Source: Phaeosaccion multiseriatum | Taxonomy: Eukaryota > Protista > Ochrophyta, other classes | Length of the DNA stretch: 64,000 bases | NCBI GenBank assembly: GCA_965112735.1 | Contig: OZ218964.1 | Coordinates: 124,001-188,000, forward strand | Direction: 5' to 3' | In this document: piece after piece, positions 1 to 12,380 of the stretch | How the letters are laid out: every line of letters starts with the position of its first letter | Position numbering within the stretch: the stretch's first letter is position 1 | Translations under genes and position numbers: made by a program | Notes under the pieces: model-generated | What the model saw: only the letters and a program-made list of their open reading frames with translations | The model's database searches: none | Told to the model about the DNA's origin: nothing

Positions 1-614
1 CGGCCGCTGAGGTGATGTACGACATCAGCAGGCAGCAGCAGAGGGACAAGGAGGACAGCAGCAACGAGAAGGAGGACAAGGAGGACAAGGATAGCACATC
101 CACACGTTCGACGACCCCAGCAACTGGCAGCAGCAGCAGCAACGGCAGCAGCACTGTCCTACCCCATACTGACGAGCCGACAAAGTCCGAGGAGGCGGCG
201 CCCGTGTTGCAGGAGGTCCAGTCCCAGGCCGGGGCGGAGGAGACCAAGGACAGCGACAACGACAACGACGACGATGACGACTACGAGAAGGTCGACCGCA
301 AGGACGGAGGAGGAGGCAGCAGCAAGGGAGAGACCGAGGTCGAGCAGACCTTCCTGGAGACGACCCTCGATGGGCCCGAGGGGATGCTTCGGGATGGCGC
401 CCGAGTGGTCATGTACACCGAGAGCATGGACCAAGTGCTGGGGTCAGTGCTGCGCATCAAGGAGGACGGGACGTGCGACATCCAGCTCGACCGTAAGCAG
501 TTGGTGGTACAGCAGGAGGGCAACGACACCGACGGCAACGGGGAGTCTTCTTCATCTTCTTCTATCGAGAGGGCACGAGGGGTACACCCCTTCATGCTCA
601 GGGTTCTGGGTTGA
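1..614 (+). CDS. 3' end of a gene running in from the left edge; acidic low-complexity region followed by a small SH3/Tudor-like beta-barrel-looking segment
   Basis: Open frame with coding-like GC3 bias ending at TGA 612-614; segment LRDGARVVMYT...GSVLRIKEDGTCDIQLD looks like an SH3/Tudor-type barrel (inference). AT-richer UTR-like DNA follows. Confidence 0.55.
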   Translation, partial: AAEVMYDISRQQQRDKEDSSNEKEDKEDKDSTSTRSTTPATGSSSSNGSSTVLPHTDEPTKSEEAAPVLQEVQSQAGAEETKDSDNDNDDDDDYEKVDRKDGGGGSSKGETEVEQTFLETTLDGPEGMLRDGARVVMYTESMDQVLGSVLRIKEDGTCDIQLDRKQLVVQQEGNDTDGNGESSSSSSIERARGVHPFMLRVLG

Positions 615-1324
615 AGAGGAGAGAGGAATGAGAAGCGGAAGGGTGGGGGGTGGTTGTTGATTAGGCACAAGGGGGAAGGGGGGCGAAACGAGTCGGTGTA
701 GCATAGAAGCGAGAGGAGGGGGGGGGGGCATTTGTATCATGTGGGTAGCAAGTATGATTAGACACATGTAATTCAGCAGCAGTTGTAGCTCAGCACTCAC
801 TGAGACACGCACATGATAAAATAAAAGGAAAATTAGCACAGGAGTAGCAATGTTGTCCTCAACATGCTTGCACAGCACAGGGTGTGTGATTTGGTGTCCA
901 TTTGAATCAGTTCTTGTACTGGGACAGTTATGTGAAAAGGAGGACATCTCAGGGGTGTTCTCTCGAGGTCATCTGTCGGAGGCCTTGGTCGGAGGACTCC
1001 TTCCCCCCCCCCTCCCTCTCCCTCTAACCTTCCCCAGTACGCCTAATGAAGTCGCTGGAGCATGCCTTGTGTGTGCTAACTGCACACACACGAGATCGGT
1101 CCATAGGCCTGTCAGTCGATTGAATTGGTGAGTGGGCCGGAGTGGGCCGCTCAACGAATGAATCGCCTTCAAAGAGACAAGGAGGAAAGGGAAGCTCGCC
1201 CATACAGCCCATTCACATACACACACACTCAATCACAAACTCGCTCATTCACTCATTCGTTCACTCGTTGGTGTATTGAGCCCCTCCTCCCCGCCACACT
1301 GCGCCACAAGATCATCATCATACG

Positions 1325-4300
1325 CTACGGAGCTGCTGCAAGGCACTGTGCGAGGCGGCCAAAGGCCATGTCCAGGACTTCGTCAGTCGCCAGTACGAAG
1401 GGAAGCAGGGACAGGCCCTCCTCGTCCACTCGGGCTGTCGTTGCCTGTCCTCGGCGGGGGGCAGGCAGGCAGGCAGACAGGCAGACAGGCAGACAGGCAG
1501 ACAGGCAGACAGGCAGGCAGACAGATAGGGGGCGGCAGGCGGTAGGTTGGTATGGTGAGAGTGAACCCCTCAAACCCCCCCTCCCTCCCTCCCTCCCTCC
1601 CTCCCACCCACCTTGAGTGCGGGCCATGCCTCCTGCGCGTGCTTCACCATCCCATGCAGAACAACATCCCCAAGGGCCTGTTGTTGTCCGACGGTCGCCT
1701 GTGGGCTCTCCCCGGGGGCCCTTCCCCCGGGGCCCGTCCCCCCCGGAGCGGGGAGGTGCAGCTCCACGTGGCGCAGTAGGTTGTTTGCCAGCTCGGAAAC
1801 CTCTGACAAACGCCGCCGATCCAGGGGAGCGGGCCGAGTGTTCTACAGAGGGGTGGGGGGGATGGCAGTGGATGCGGGCGGGGGGGGGGGTACGTGAGTA
1901 AGAGTTTCAGTTTCAGTAGGGGTTTGAGGCTTCTGAGGTCTCCTCCTCCCTGCCTGTCCATCCCCCCCACACCACACCACACCACACCACACCACACCAC
2001 ACCACACCACACCACAACTCACCCCACACCTCGCCCCACACCTCGCCCCTCTCCTCCCCTCTCCCCCTCTCCTCCTCTCCTTTCCTCCCCTCCCCTTCCC
2101 TCACCTGACAGACTCTGTATGCCTCCTCACTCGTCATGAGGTTAAGCAGGAAGTCCGTGCCCACCAACGCGCTACCCGTCTGCGCGTACTCATTCAGTAC
2201 GGGCCCTCGTCCCGACCCCAGGCCGCGCTCGTGGTAGGCAAGTGCGGTGGCGAAGGGGTCGTCCTGCAGGGTGTCTGCAGAGGACGACGACCGTTGTACC
2301 ACCAACTGCTCGTGCTGCTGCTGCTGGGTCATACCCTCGTTGTGGTCTATGGCCCACTGCCGTCGCCCGTTGGCCGAATGCTGCTCCTGCGGCTGCTGCG
2401 GCTGCTGCGGCTGGGGTTGGTGCTGGTGGTAAAAGTGGGGGGGGGTCTGGGGAGAGGCTGCTGCAGGCTGATGAGGCGCACTGGAGAAGCCGTTTGAAGG
2501 CGGGTGGGGCTGTTTGGGCTGATAGGGGGAAGGCGCGAAGGAGGAAGAGGCCAAGCCACCACCACCGCTAGAGCTGCTGCTCCTGCTACTGCCTGTGCTA
2601 CTCCGCCGATGCTGCTTGCCATTAAGGGCATCTGTTGCGCTGCGGATGGCCTGTTTTCGCTCGGAAACATGCAGAAAGGCGTCCACAAGCGGACTGGCCA
2701 TGAGGTCGGGGAAGTTGGCGACGATATAGCTCATGTACTGCATGAGGCCCAAGCGGCGCCGGGCCACCACCTCCACAGACGTTTTGAAGAAGAACTCCTT
2801 CCTCGGCAGCGGAGGAATGGCGGACCGGAGGGCGGGGAAGGAGTCTCGCAAGTCTTTGTCGAGCTTGTCGAACTCGCTGTACCGTCTCGCTACCATCCAT
2901 GAGGCCATTTGGTCCTCTGTCCTGCCCCACTTGCACTGCATCACGTACTCCGTGTAACTGTCACCGTTGGCCTCCACCCCGTCGCTCGTGCCGTACAGCG
3001 CCCAGCTAAACACTCCTCCAAAGGCCCGGGCGGTCACATAACCCTGATCGGACGACGTTCCCGACCCGTACACTCCCACCCCCATCGTACGGTGTGCCTG
3101 CGCCCCCCCCCGCTTGCCGAACACCTCCCCTATCCAGCTGTGCGCTGACGAGGTGGTGAAGGGTGGGTTGGAGTGGCGTCGCATGGTGTTGGCCTCGGGG
3201 CAGCAAACCGCCGCACTGAGGGAGGCAGGCGGCTGCGGATGGGGCAGCGGCAGGAACAGTCATGTGAGAGGAGAGAGAGAGAGACAGAGAGAGCGCGTCA
3301 GAAGGAGGAAACCAGAGGAGTGGAGAGAGAGAGAGAAGGAGCGGCAGAGGAAGGCAAGAGCGAATGAGGGACAGCGGCAGCGGCAGGCAGAGGGGGGGAG
3401 GAGTGGAAGGGCGAGAGAGCGAGCGAGAGAGAGAAAGAGAGAGACCTATGCCCTACTCCCTACGGCCGACCTGCTGGCGGGAGGGGCGCCTGAAAGTGAT
3501 GAGGACGGGCCGCTCCACATAGGGAAGGATGCCCATAATGTCCTCGTACAAGAGCAGAGCGCCCTTGTTGATGGACTCCAACATATCCCCCACTCGCACA
3601 CCCAGCTCCTGCGCCGAGCTCTTGTCTTTGATGCGGTACACTACCGCCCTTGCATCGTCACCACGGAAGAGGGTAAAGCCGAGCGTTCCTTGGCCGAAGG
3701 TTACGGAGTACTGCCCCGCGTTCATAAAGGACCCACTGCTGCCCCAGTCGTCCGTAGATACAGCAGTTGGTGATGCAGCACAAGCACTAGAGTCATCGCC
3801 AGTCCTCCTCCTCCTTTGTTGGTCCGTCAGTCCCCAAGTGTCCCCCCCCCGTCTCTGCCTCAGCAGATCCTCGTTGAAGTAGTTTCCTCCATTGCCTCCA
3901 TCCTCATCCTCATCCCCTCCTCTCGACTCAGGAGCGTGGAGTGCGTTGGCCCCGAGGGGATCATCTCTCCATCCTCCTTCTTGCTGCTCTCGTCGCGGGG
4001 CATACTGCTGCTGCTGCTGACTCGGCAGCGTGATAGCCAGGGTGGGAGTCACATGGCTCGAAGCAGGCGTCCTGCCACCAGTAGCAGTCCCAGTCATATG
4101 GGCAGGAGCGGAGTCGAGGCTCGTAATGCCCTTCTCCGTCCCTCCCCCCGTGAGAAGGGAGGTCCGCCGTCGCGCCTCCTCGAGATCGATATTTCCCCTC
4201 GACTTCTTTGACTTTTTGGATCGCGCTGTAGGCGGTCCACTGGCCGTATCTGCCCCTGCCTCTGCCCCTGCTGCTCCGTTCTGCTCCGTTCTCCTAGGAC

Positions 4301-6277
4301 TCAGTCGCTCTGCGTTCAGCCCCGCAAAGGGCCTGCTTTGGGAGACCTCTCTCTCAATCGATCCATCTGATGCCATCCTTGTCCCATTCATCAGTTCCCC
4401 TCCTCCTCCTCCTGCTGCTGCTGCTGCTGCTGCTGCAGGCACGGGTTGAGGGACCGCCGCCGTCCCTCGCGATACCATCATCAGGAGAGGGTCATCGTAA
4501 CCCCCTTCGTGCCCCACTGTTGCTCCTCCCCCCCCCCCTAACACGCCATTCACAAGTGCACCCTCGCCCCCCTTTCCACCATCAACATCGACATCGTCCT
4601 CGAAAAGCTTTGGTCGAGAGTCCACCGTGAGTCCGTCGTCATCGTCGTCGTTAGTGCCGCCCCCGAACAACCTTGGGCCCAGTCCTGCACGCCTCAGTAC
4701 AGAGGATGACGTCACGCTGTCGCTGTCACTACTGCCCCCTCTTCCCACCCCCGCCACCCCACTGGAGGATACCGACGAAGAAGGAGGCACTACCACTCCG
4801 AACGGGTCTGGTGCATGGTCGTACCCCACGGGGCGTAGACTGAGGCTCTCTGCTCCGTTGCTGCCATTGCCATTGAGAGGCGAGGCCGAGACGGCGCTGC
4901 TATCGGCGTGGCCATTGGCACTGGGCTTGGTTTGGTTCTCCAAGTTCTCCAGAAATGAGCCCATCTTTGAGATTCGTGTGTTGAGCAGCAGGGGCAGGGC
5001 AACGAAGGAAGGCCAAAGAAGAGGCACGAGAGAGACACAGAAAGGAAGGGAAGAAAAGGCCAAAGGAGGAGGAGGAGGAGGAGGAGGAGGAGGAGGAGGA
5101 GGAGGAGGAGGAGCGAAGGAAGGCAGGTCAGCAAAGAGGTCGACGGATGGGTGGGTGAGCAAGTCAAGCCTCTTGTTACCTCGTGGAGAAACTTGTCCTT
5201 CTTTTTGCGATTGGCCTCTGTCCGCTTCTTCATGGCGGCCAAGCGCTCTGCCTGCCGACTCCTCTCCTCACTTCTTCTGAAGGATGTAGTCGCAGTAGCA
5301 GTAGCAGGGGTCGTGCTTGCCGCCGCCGCCGGAGAAGGAGGGGCAGGAGGAGCTGCTGCTGATGCTACTGCTGCTGCGTCTCTGAGCTCTTGTTCCCTCT
5401 CCAGCTGGCGCTGGGCAAAGCTATTGGAGATAGGACCGCGCGCAGGCGTCAACTCTCTCGGGGAGGCGAACGGGTCGGCTGCTGCTACTGCTGCTGCCGC
5501 TGCTGGTGGGGGGGCGGCTGATGTGGGTGTTACTGCTGCTGCTGTTGGCACTAATGCCTCTCCGGCACCGTCTCCTTCTTCGCCAGCACCACTCTGCCCA
5601 ACGGCACGGCGGCCATAATCACTTGGGCCCTCCTGCCCCCTACCACTGTGCGGATGCGGAAGGGAGGAGGAGTAGAACGGGTCAACGCCTTCACCCAGGG
5701 GTGTGATCAAGCTCCTCCTTCCGTCATCTTGCTCAGAAGATGCCGCGGCTTGCTCTAGAGGGCCATTTTCCTGGTCTCCTTCCCACCCTACTCTGCCAGT
5801 ATGCGGTGCGTCGGCTGAGCTCAGCAAGTGCTCAGGCTCCTCCAACGAGGCCCTTCCGCTGCTGTCGCCCTCCCCCACATCAATTGGACCCGGCTCCTCT
5901 CCCTCCTCTGCTACTGCTACTACTACTACTGGCTGCTCCTCGTGCGTCTCCTCTTCCTCCTCCTCACCCTGGTCCTGGTCCTTCTCTTCGCCCTCCACCA
6001 TTTGCTCTCTCCCCTCCCCCTCTCCAAAGCCAGGGTTTCTGTGGAAGTCATCCTCTCGTCCCTCACCACTCTCCCAAGGCTTCCGCGGGATCTGTTGCCG
6101 GAAGTCGTCCCCTCCTCCCTCATTACCATTCTCCCAAGGCTTCTGCTGGCCCTGCTGCCCCGGTTCGTCCCCTTCTTCCCCTTCCTCTCCTGATGGTGGC
6201 GCTGGCGGGGGAGGACTGAATGGGGCAAAAGGATCGTCCTCGTCATCATCGTCATCGTACATTGGTGCTCCCTGCAT
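1325..6277 (-). CDS. PDZ- and PX-domain protein (sorting-nexin-like), 5 exons
   Basis: Exons 6277-5180, 4964-3471, 3232-2105, 1842-1612, 1444-1325 join in frame at GT-AG sites. PDZ: YSVTFGQGTLGFTL...GVRVGDMLESIN...RPVLITFRRP. PX: YTEYVMQ...WMVARRYSEFDKLDKDL...PPLPRKEFF...VVARRRLGLMQYM...VDAFL. Confidence 0.85.
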
Positions 6278-6504
6278 CCTCTCCGCGAGATACAAAATAT
6301 CAGCGGCAACGACTAAAAAAAAAGCGCATCTTCCACACCTCGAATCCAAAGGGATTTGGCGACGCTGATTATGCTGGCGTAAGGGGGTCGTCCATGCAAA
6401 ATTCTTTGCTCCAGCGGCTTCTTCTGCATAGACGGACGCTCCCAATTGAGGAGGAAGCACTGCGTGGCGAGGCACACCCTAGAGCCTTGGGGCGGCACCG
6501 AGCA

Positions 6505-9500
6505 ATGGAAGGAGGGGCCGCACCAGCGATGGCGAATGATATTCCTCCTGGGGAGGCTACCTCTCTGCTGCCCCGGATAGGCGAGAGGAATAATAACGAC
6601 AACCCATCGCAAGAGTCCTCGGTCGAGAGCCAAGATGGGTCTGCCTCTGAAGGTGAAAATAGATACGGCTGCGGCTCCGTCCTTTACTACAGCCTGCTCG
6701 TGGGGGTCGCCGTCATCACCCTCTTCGCGCTCGGATCCACATTCGTGTCGGGGGACACAGGCGAGCAGCCGCTCGAGGTGGAGTCCAACTACCCTTTCAT
6801 GACGACAATCCACAGTCTCCGCCCCACCAGCTTATGGGGCAAGACCTCGCGCCCTTACCCAACGGGGGCTTGGTTTACCAACCTCTTGATCGACAACGGC
6901 GGAGGCCCCGTAGCGCCCCTACCCTACGCCGTGGAGATCACAGAGAAGGGGGTGGGCGTGTCCTACTCGGCCGCGCGGCGCTTTGTGGCGAGCAAGCGCG
7001 TCATGGACAACTACTTGGGAGACTTACAGGTGGGTCAGAAGGAGGAGAGGCAAGGCACATGGGTAGGCAGGCAAGTGGACAGACAGGCAGGCAGGAAGGC
7101 GGAGGCGATAAGAGGCTTGCTTCTTAGTAGTCGCTCTCATCTCGCCCCCAGATGACAACATGACGTTACGGCCCCCCTACTCCCGCCCATCCACACCCCT
7201 ACCCCTTCCACACACACACACATACGTCATCCTCCAAAACGAACAGATATCTGCACAGGAGAAGTACCTAACCCGCTACCTGACCCGCTACGACAACCTC
7301 AGCTGCTCTATGCAGCTGGACTTTGTGGGAGGAGGAAGCATGCAGACCCACCTGGTGAGGGGCAGCCCCTACATCACCGTACAGTATGACTTGGTCACGC
7401 CCCTCATCACCAGCGATGCGGAGATTCTGCAGATTAATGGCAAGGACATCACCAAGGGGCTGCAGGTACACGGCAGTACCTTCAAGGTAGGTAGGCACTG
7501 AGCTGTACTGAGGTACTGAGCTGTACGGGTACACGTGCATTACGGCCAAGCCATATCAAGTCAAGCCAAGTCAAGTCAAGCGAAGTGTAAAGTGGAGTGG
7601 AGTGGAGTTCGAAAGGAGTAGAGCGAACTGGAATGATGAGATTTTGCTGGATTATGCCAAGTATCTCCCCCCGAGGTCGAAGTCCGCTCCTGCCGTTCTT
7701 GCCACTCTCTCTCTCTCTGCCCACCACCGCTGTACCACCAACTGCTGCCCCCGCCCCTGCTTGTCCGTCCAGGTGTCCCTCTCCAACTGGGAGACATGGA
7801 TGGTGTACCTCTCCGAAAGCGTCACCATGCTGGTGAAAGAGGGCTCGCTCAGTCTGGTGCAGCCCTTCAGCGGCATCCTCCGAGTGGCTTTTCTGCCCCA
7901 CGCCTGGGACGAGGTCTCGGAGGACATCCTCACTTTCGTAAGTGTGAGCATGGGTGTGGGGTATGAGAAAGAACAGTAGTATGGGGAAAGAAGAGGGGAC
8001 CCTTGGCCGCCAGGGAGGACTGCCCCCAGCGACAGAAGCAGCGACGGAAGGGCCTGCGCTGTCTTCAAGGCGGAGAAATGGGTCTGTGACGGAGAGTTGG
8101 GTCAATCCCTCGCAAACTGATGACTCTCGTTTGCGTCCTTTCCATCCCTCCATTCCTTTGCTCCCTCCCTCCCTCCTCCTCCCCCCCCGTCCCCCCCCCC
8201 TCCCCTCGCCCCCCTCAGCACGCCAACGCCTATCCTGTGGGCGGCTCAGTAGAGCATGCCGTCCTAGGAGACGAGAGCATTGTAACGTACACATGGGAGA
8301 AGGTGCGTGCGTCGGACCCATGCTTGCTTGCTTAGGGCAGGGCCAGGCCTATGTATTCCTGTGCTCTTCTGCCGACCTGAGATGGGTGGGTGTGCGTTCC
8401 GCCGCCCCACATGGCTCCTTGTCTACGCTCAGACACTCCAACGTACCAAACCAACACTTTGTTGATGAAAGGAAGGGGAGGAGGGGGGAGTGGAGAGACC
8501 CTGCCGGGGGAAAGCCCCCCCTCCCGCCACACAGCGTTCTTGAACCGCCATCTTCTGGAGCACAGAGGACTTCAGCACTATTCATATCTCAAATCTTTTT
8601 CCCTATCCACCATTCCCCGTGCCTATCCGTCTCCTCTTCTCCACTTCTCTTCTTCCCTCGCTTTGACATACTGCAATACACGCACCCACGCGCGCACTTC
8701 ACGCCCCCCCCACACCCATCCCCTCTCTCCCATACGCACCCACACACACATACGCACACGCGTATACACATACACACCCACACACACACAGGAGGGCTTC
8801 GGCGACCTGCTCATGATGGCACTACCGCACCACCTCGACCTTATGGACTCCAAGCACCTCACAATTAAGATGGACAACAAGTACCAAACTATAAAGGGAA
8901 AGATGACGGGCATCGTGGGCAGCTCTTGGGAACTTCGAGACCAGCTCACCACCATTAGTTGGGGGGCCAGGATTCCCTTGGCGGATTCGAACTACACCGA
9001 TGTACAGATGGCGATGCTCCGCGCCAGTCTTGAAGAGGACATCAAGGACCAGTTGGTGAGTGACTGGGGTGGGGGATTGGTGAGCTATGCCCAGTTGTGC
9101 GATGGTGGAAGGAAGGAAGGACGGAAGGAAGGAAGGACAGTTGATCCCTCAATCAGTCAGTCAGTGTTTCAGTCAGTCTGTCCGTCAGTCAGTCGACCCT
9201 TAGAGGGTGAGGTTGGAGGTGTGTGTGTTCATGTCCCGGCGCTTGTGTCATGTATTCTTATGTGGCTGTTGGTGATCTTCTTCCTCCTCCTCCTCCTCCT
9301 CCTCCTCCTCCTCCTCTTCCTCCTCCTCCTCCTCCTCCTCCTCCTCCTCCTCCTCCTCCTCCTCCTCCTCCTCCTCCTCCTCGTCCTCCTCCTGCTCCTC
9401 CTCCTCCTCCTCCTCCTCCTCCTGCTCCTCCTCCTCCTCCTCCTCCTCCTCCTCCTCCTCCTCCTCCTCCTCCTCCTCCTCCTCCTCCTCCCTCCTCCTC

Positions 9501-10556
9501 CTCCTCCTCCTCCTCCCCCTCCTCCCCTCCCTCACCCTCCTCCCCCTCCCCCCCTCCCCTGGCCCATTGAACACAAACCACAACCGCACAGCCAAGCGCT
9601 CCCGACCCGTACGGTTTCGGAAAGCAGTGCGGGCGAATGGCCCGACTTTCCCTCATCGCCGAGGAAATCGGAATGGACGACATTGCCACTCGAGCACTCG
9701 ACATTGTGCAACACGCACTGGCAAGGTGGCTTGGCAACGACAACAACGATCTACTCGTGTATGACAAGACTTGGGGCGGCATCGTTACTCTCAATGGGCT
9801 TAATGACGTCAACGCTGACTTTGGAAACGCCAACTACAATGGTGCGTTCGTTGGTTAGTGGATTGGTGGGTCGGTGAATTGGTGATTTTGTTGATTGATG
9901 GATTTTGATTGATTGATTGGTCCTCTCCCTCCCTCCTTTCCATCCTTGCCCTCCCCATCCCACCCCCAGACCACCACTTTCACTACGGTTACTTCTTATA
10001 CGCCGCCTCCGTCGTGATCCGCACCCGCCCTGAGTTCTACGACAAGTGGCACAACGAGCTCACGTGGCTTGCCTCAGACATTGTGAGCGACGGAACGCTC
10101 AGCGCCTTCTTCCCCTTCGCCAGGCACAAGGTCCGTTCACCCATATGCCTTGGCCCATCCTCCTGCCTCTGGTCTACCCATATGCCTCTACTCTCCTCTC
10201 TAGTTCGTCTCTCTGTCTGGTTTCTTCTTTCCGTACCTTTCTCCTGTCCCTGCGATAGTTGTTTGTTCTCGTCTGGCCGAGGGACCACCCCCCACCCCCA
10301 CCATTCCGTGTGTCATTCCGTGTGTCATTCCGTGTGTCGTTCCGTGTGTCTTGTGCCGTGTTGTATCGTCCTGTGTCTCTGCCCGAAGGACTGGTACGAT
10401 GGACACAGCTGGGCCAGCGGGCTCTTTTCTCAGTCCAATGGCAAGAGCCAGGAGAGCGTCAGCGAGGCCGTCAACGCCTACTATGGTACGTCTTGGTGCA
10501 GTAGCAGGTGGTTGAGATGTCTGGTCTTGTCTTGTCCTGTTTCCTTGTCTACTTGT

Positions 10557-10615
<59 letters not shown>

Positions 10616-12203
10616 GCTGCTGCTACTACTTATTCTACTCTGCTACTACGTGCCTGCTATTTGTTAGGAAAACGTTTGGTCTGGTGTGGTTTGATCGTCT
10701 CTAGTTGCTTGCTTTCCTGCTTGTTTATGGCGTTGTCTACTGGCCTGCGCTTCCTAACAGGGTGAACACAAAAAAACATGTGTATAGGGACCCACCCACC
10801 CCCGGGGGTCGCTCAACTGTGGGGTCGAGTGAATACACGAATGAAGAGGACTCACCCCCCCTCCTCCTCCCCTTCCCCCTCCTCCCCCCCCGAAGGTGCC
10901 TACCTCTTCGGCAAGTCCATCGGCGACAAGGAGCTTCGTGACTTCGGTCGTACGCTGCTTGCCATGGAGATCCGTGCCGCACACACGTACTGGCAGATGA
11001 AGGAGGGGAGCGCCATTTACGACAACATCTTCGCTGCGTCGCGTATGAACGGCATCGTGGCGAGTTTGGAGGCTGTGCAGCTCACCTGGTTCGGAGGTGG
11101 GTGGGGTAGGTGGAGGGGTGGGGTGGGTGGGACACGGGTAGGTGGGAGGGGGGCGGATGGAAGGTAGGGAGGGCTACCGTCTTCCTTTGTGATAACGGCA
11201 GCGGATGTGACTAGTTGATGTGCTAAGCAGAGTTCCCTCCCCTCCCTCCCCCCTTCTCTCCATCTACTGCCATTGCTGCCATTCCTCCTCAGACAACCTG
11301 GAGTATGTGCACGGAATCAACATGCTCCCCTTCACCCCCATCACGCAGGAGCTCCTCCCCTACGACTTTATGCAACAAGAGTGGGAAGTGCTCAAGTCCG
11401 TCTTCAAACGCCCCGACCCCCCGGGTCCCCAATGGGCCGGTTACGTTCACCTCGCCCACGCCATAGTGAACAAGAAAGCAGCATGGGAAGCCATTTCCAG
11501 GATGGATGTGTTCGACGCCGCAAACAGCAAGTCCAACAGCATATATTGGGTCCTGACTCAGCCCCCCACCCCTTCCTACAACGCCTCGGCCTTTGCGTTC
11601 AACGCGGAGGTGGACCCATCTTGCCAAGCCAACAGCGCTTGCTTTGCGCAGGGCTTGAGTAACGCTTGCTGCCCGGATGCTCACGGCGATTGGCTCGGAT
11701 GTTGCCCAAGTGTCTCCACCGTAAACACCTCCATCGCCTTGTGTACTGCCAACCCCGCTTGCATCGCGCTGGGGCTCAAGGAAGGTTTATGTTGCCCCTC
11801 CCTCACGGGCATGTACCTGGGGTGCTGTCCCGGCAGAGTGGACAAGGCGGCGGTAGAGGCGAGTCTGAACCCCAATGCCCAGTGCGCCAACAACCCTCAG
11901 TGCGCCACTGCCGGCTTGGAAGGCGCGTGCTGCCCTACCAAGAAGGGCTCGTATCTGAGTTGCTGCGGGGTCAACCCTCCACACGCCACGGGCTCATTGT
12001 CCTCTTCATCGTCCATGTACGATGACGAGGGGGATGCGGGGGGGTCGTCGCGTGATGCCAAGGGGGCCAAGACAGCTGCCCCTCCCAAGAAGGGTAAGTC
12101 GAGTGCCTCCGCCGCCTGCTCTGCGCACAAACAATGCGCCGACCTGGAAGGAGACTGCTGCCCCACGGAGGAGGGTGTGAACCTCAAGTGCTGCTCTGCG
12201 TGA
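6505..12203 (+). CDS. GH81 endo-1,3(4)-beta-glucanase, type II membrane anchor, four C-terminal 6-Cys modules; about 10 exons
   Basis: Motifs PYPTGAWFTNL, LVRGSPYIT, LLMMALPHH, DPYGFGKQ, DFGNANYNDHHFHYGYF, RHKDWYDGHSWASG, catalytic QESVSEAVNAYY, YVHGINMLPFTP. Approximate exons 6505-7029, 7247-7486, 7773-7937, 8219-8302, 8792-9055, 9592-9841, 9970-10130, 10389-10485, 10896-11097, 11293-12203. TM segment VLYYSLLVGVAVITLFAL. Confidence 0.93.
9282..9530. repeat. (CCT)n microsatellite in a GH81 intron
   Basis: About 80 CCT units visible directly. Confidence 0.95.
10558..10630. repeat. (TAC)n microsatellite in a GH81 intron
   Basis: Visible directly. Confidence 0.95.
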
Positions 12204-12249
12204 TGTGCTGCTCAGACAGACAGGGGGGGCTTGTGCTCTCTCTGATCTC

Positions 12250-12380
12250 ATGTGCTGCCCCACAAAGGGTAAGGGTGGATGTGCTGCCCCACAAAGGGTA
12301 AGGTAAGGGTGGATGTGCTGCCCCACAAAGGGTAAGGTAAGGGTGGATGTGCTGCCCCACAAAGGGTAAGGTAAGGGTGG
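12250..12380 (+). repeat. 34-bp minisatellite x4 just downstream of the GH81 stop
   Basis: Unit ATGTGCTGCCCCACAAAGGGTAAGGTAAGGGTGG; first copy is 29 bp, then three 34-bp copies. Confidence 0.95.

Noticed and set aside
3529-6368. Long antisense ORFs over the PX gene, and similar ones over ZSWIM2-like and CCP
   Set aside because: Shadow frames expected from high GC and triplet repeats; no recognisable domains.
9223-9833. PolyP/polyL/polyE/polyG ORFs
   Set aside because: Intronic (CCT)n tract of GH81; exons splice around it in phase 0.
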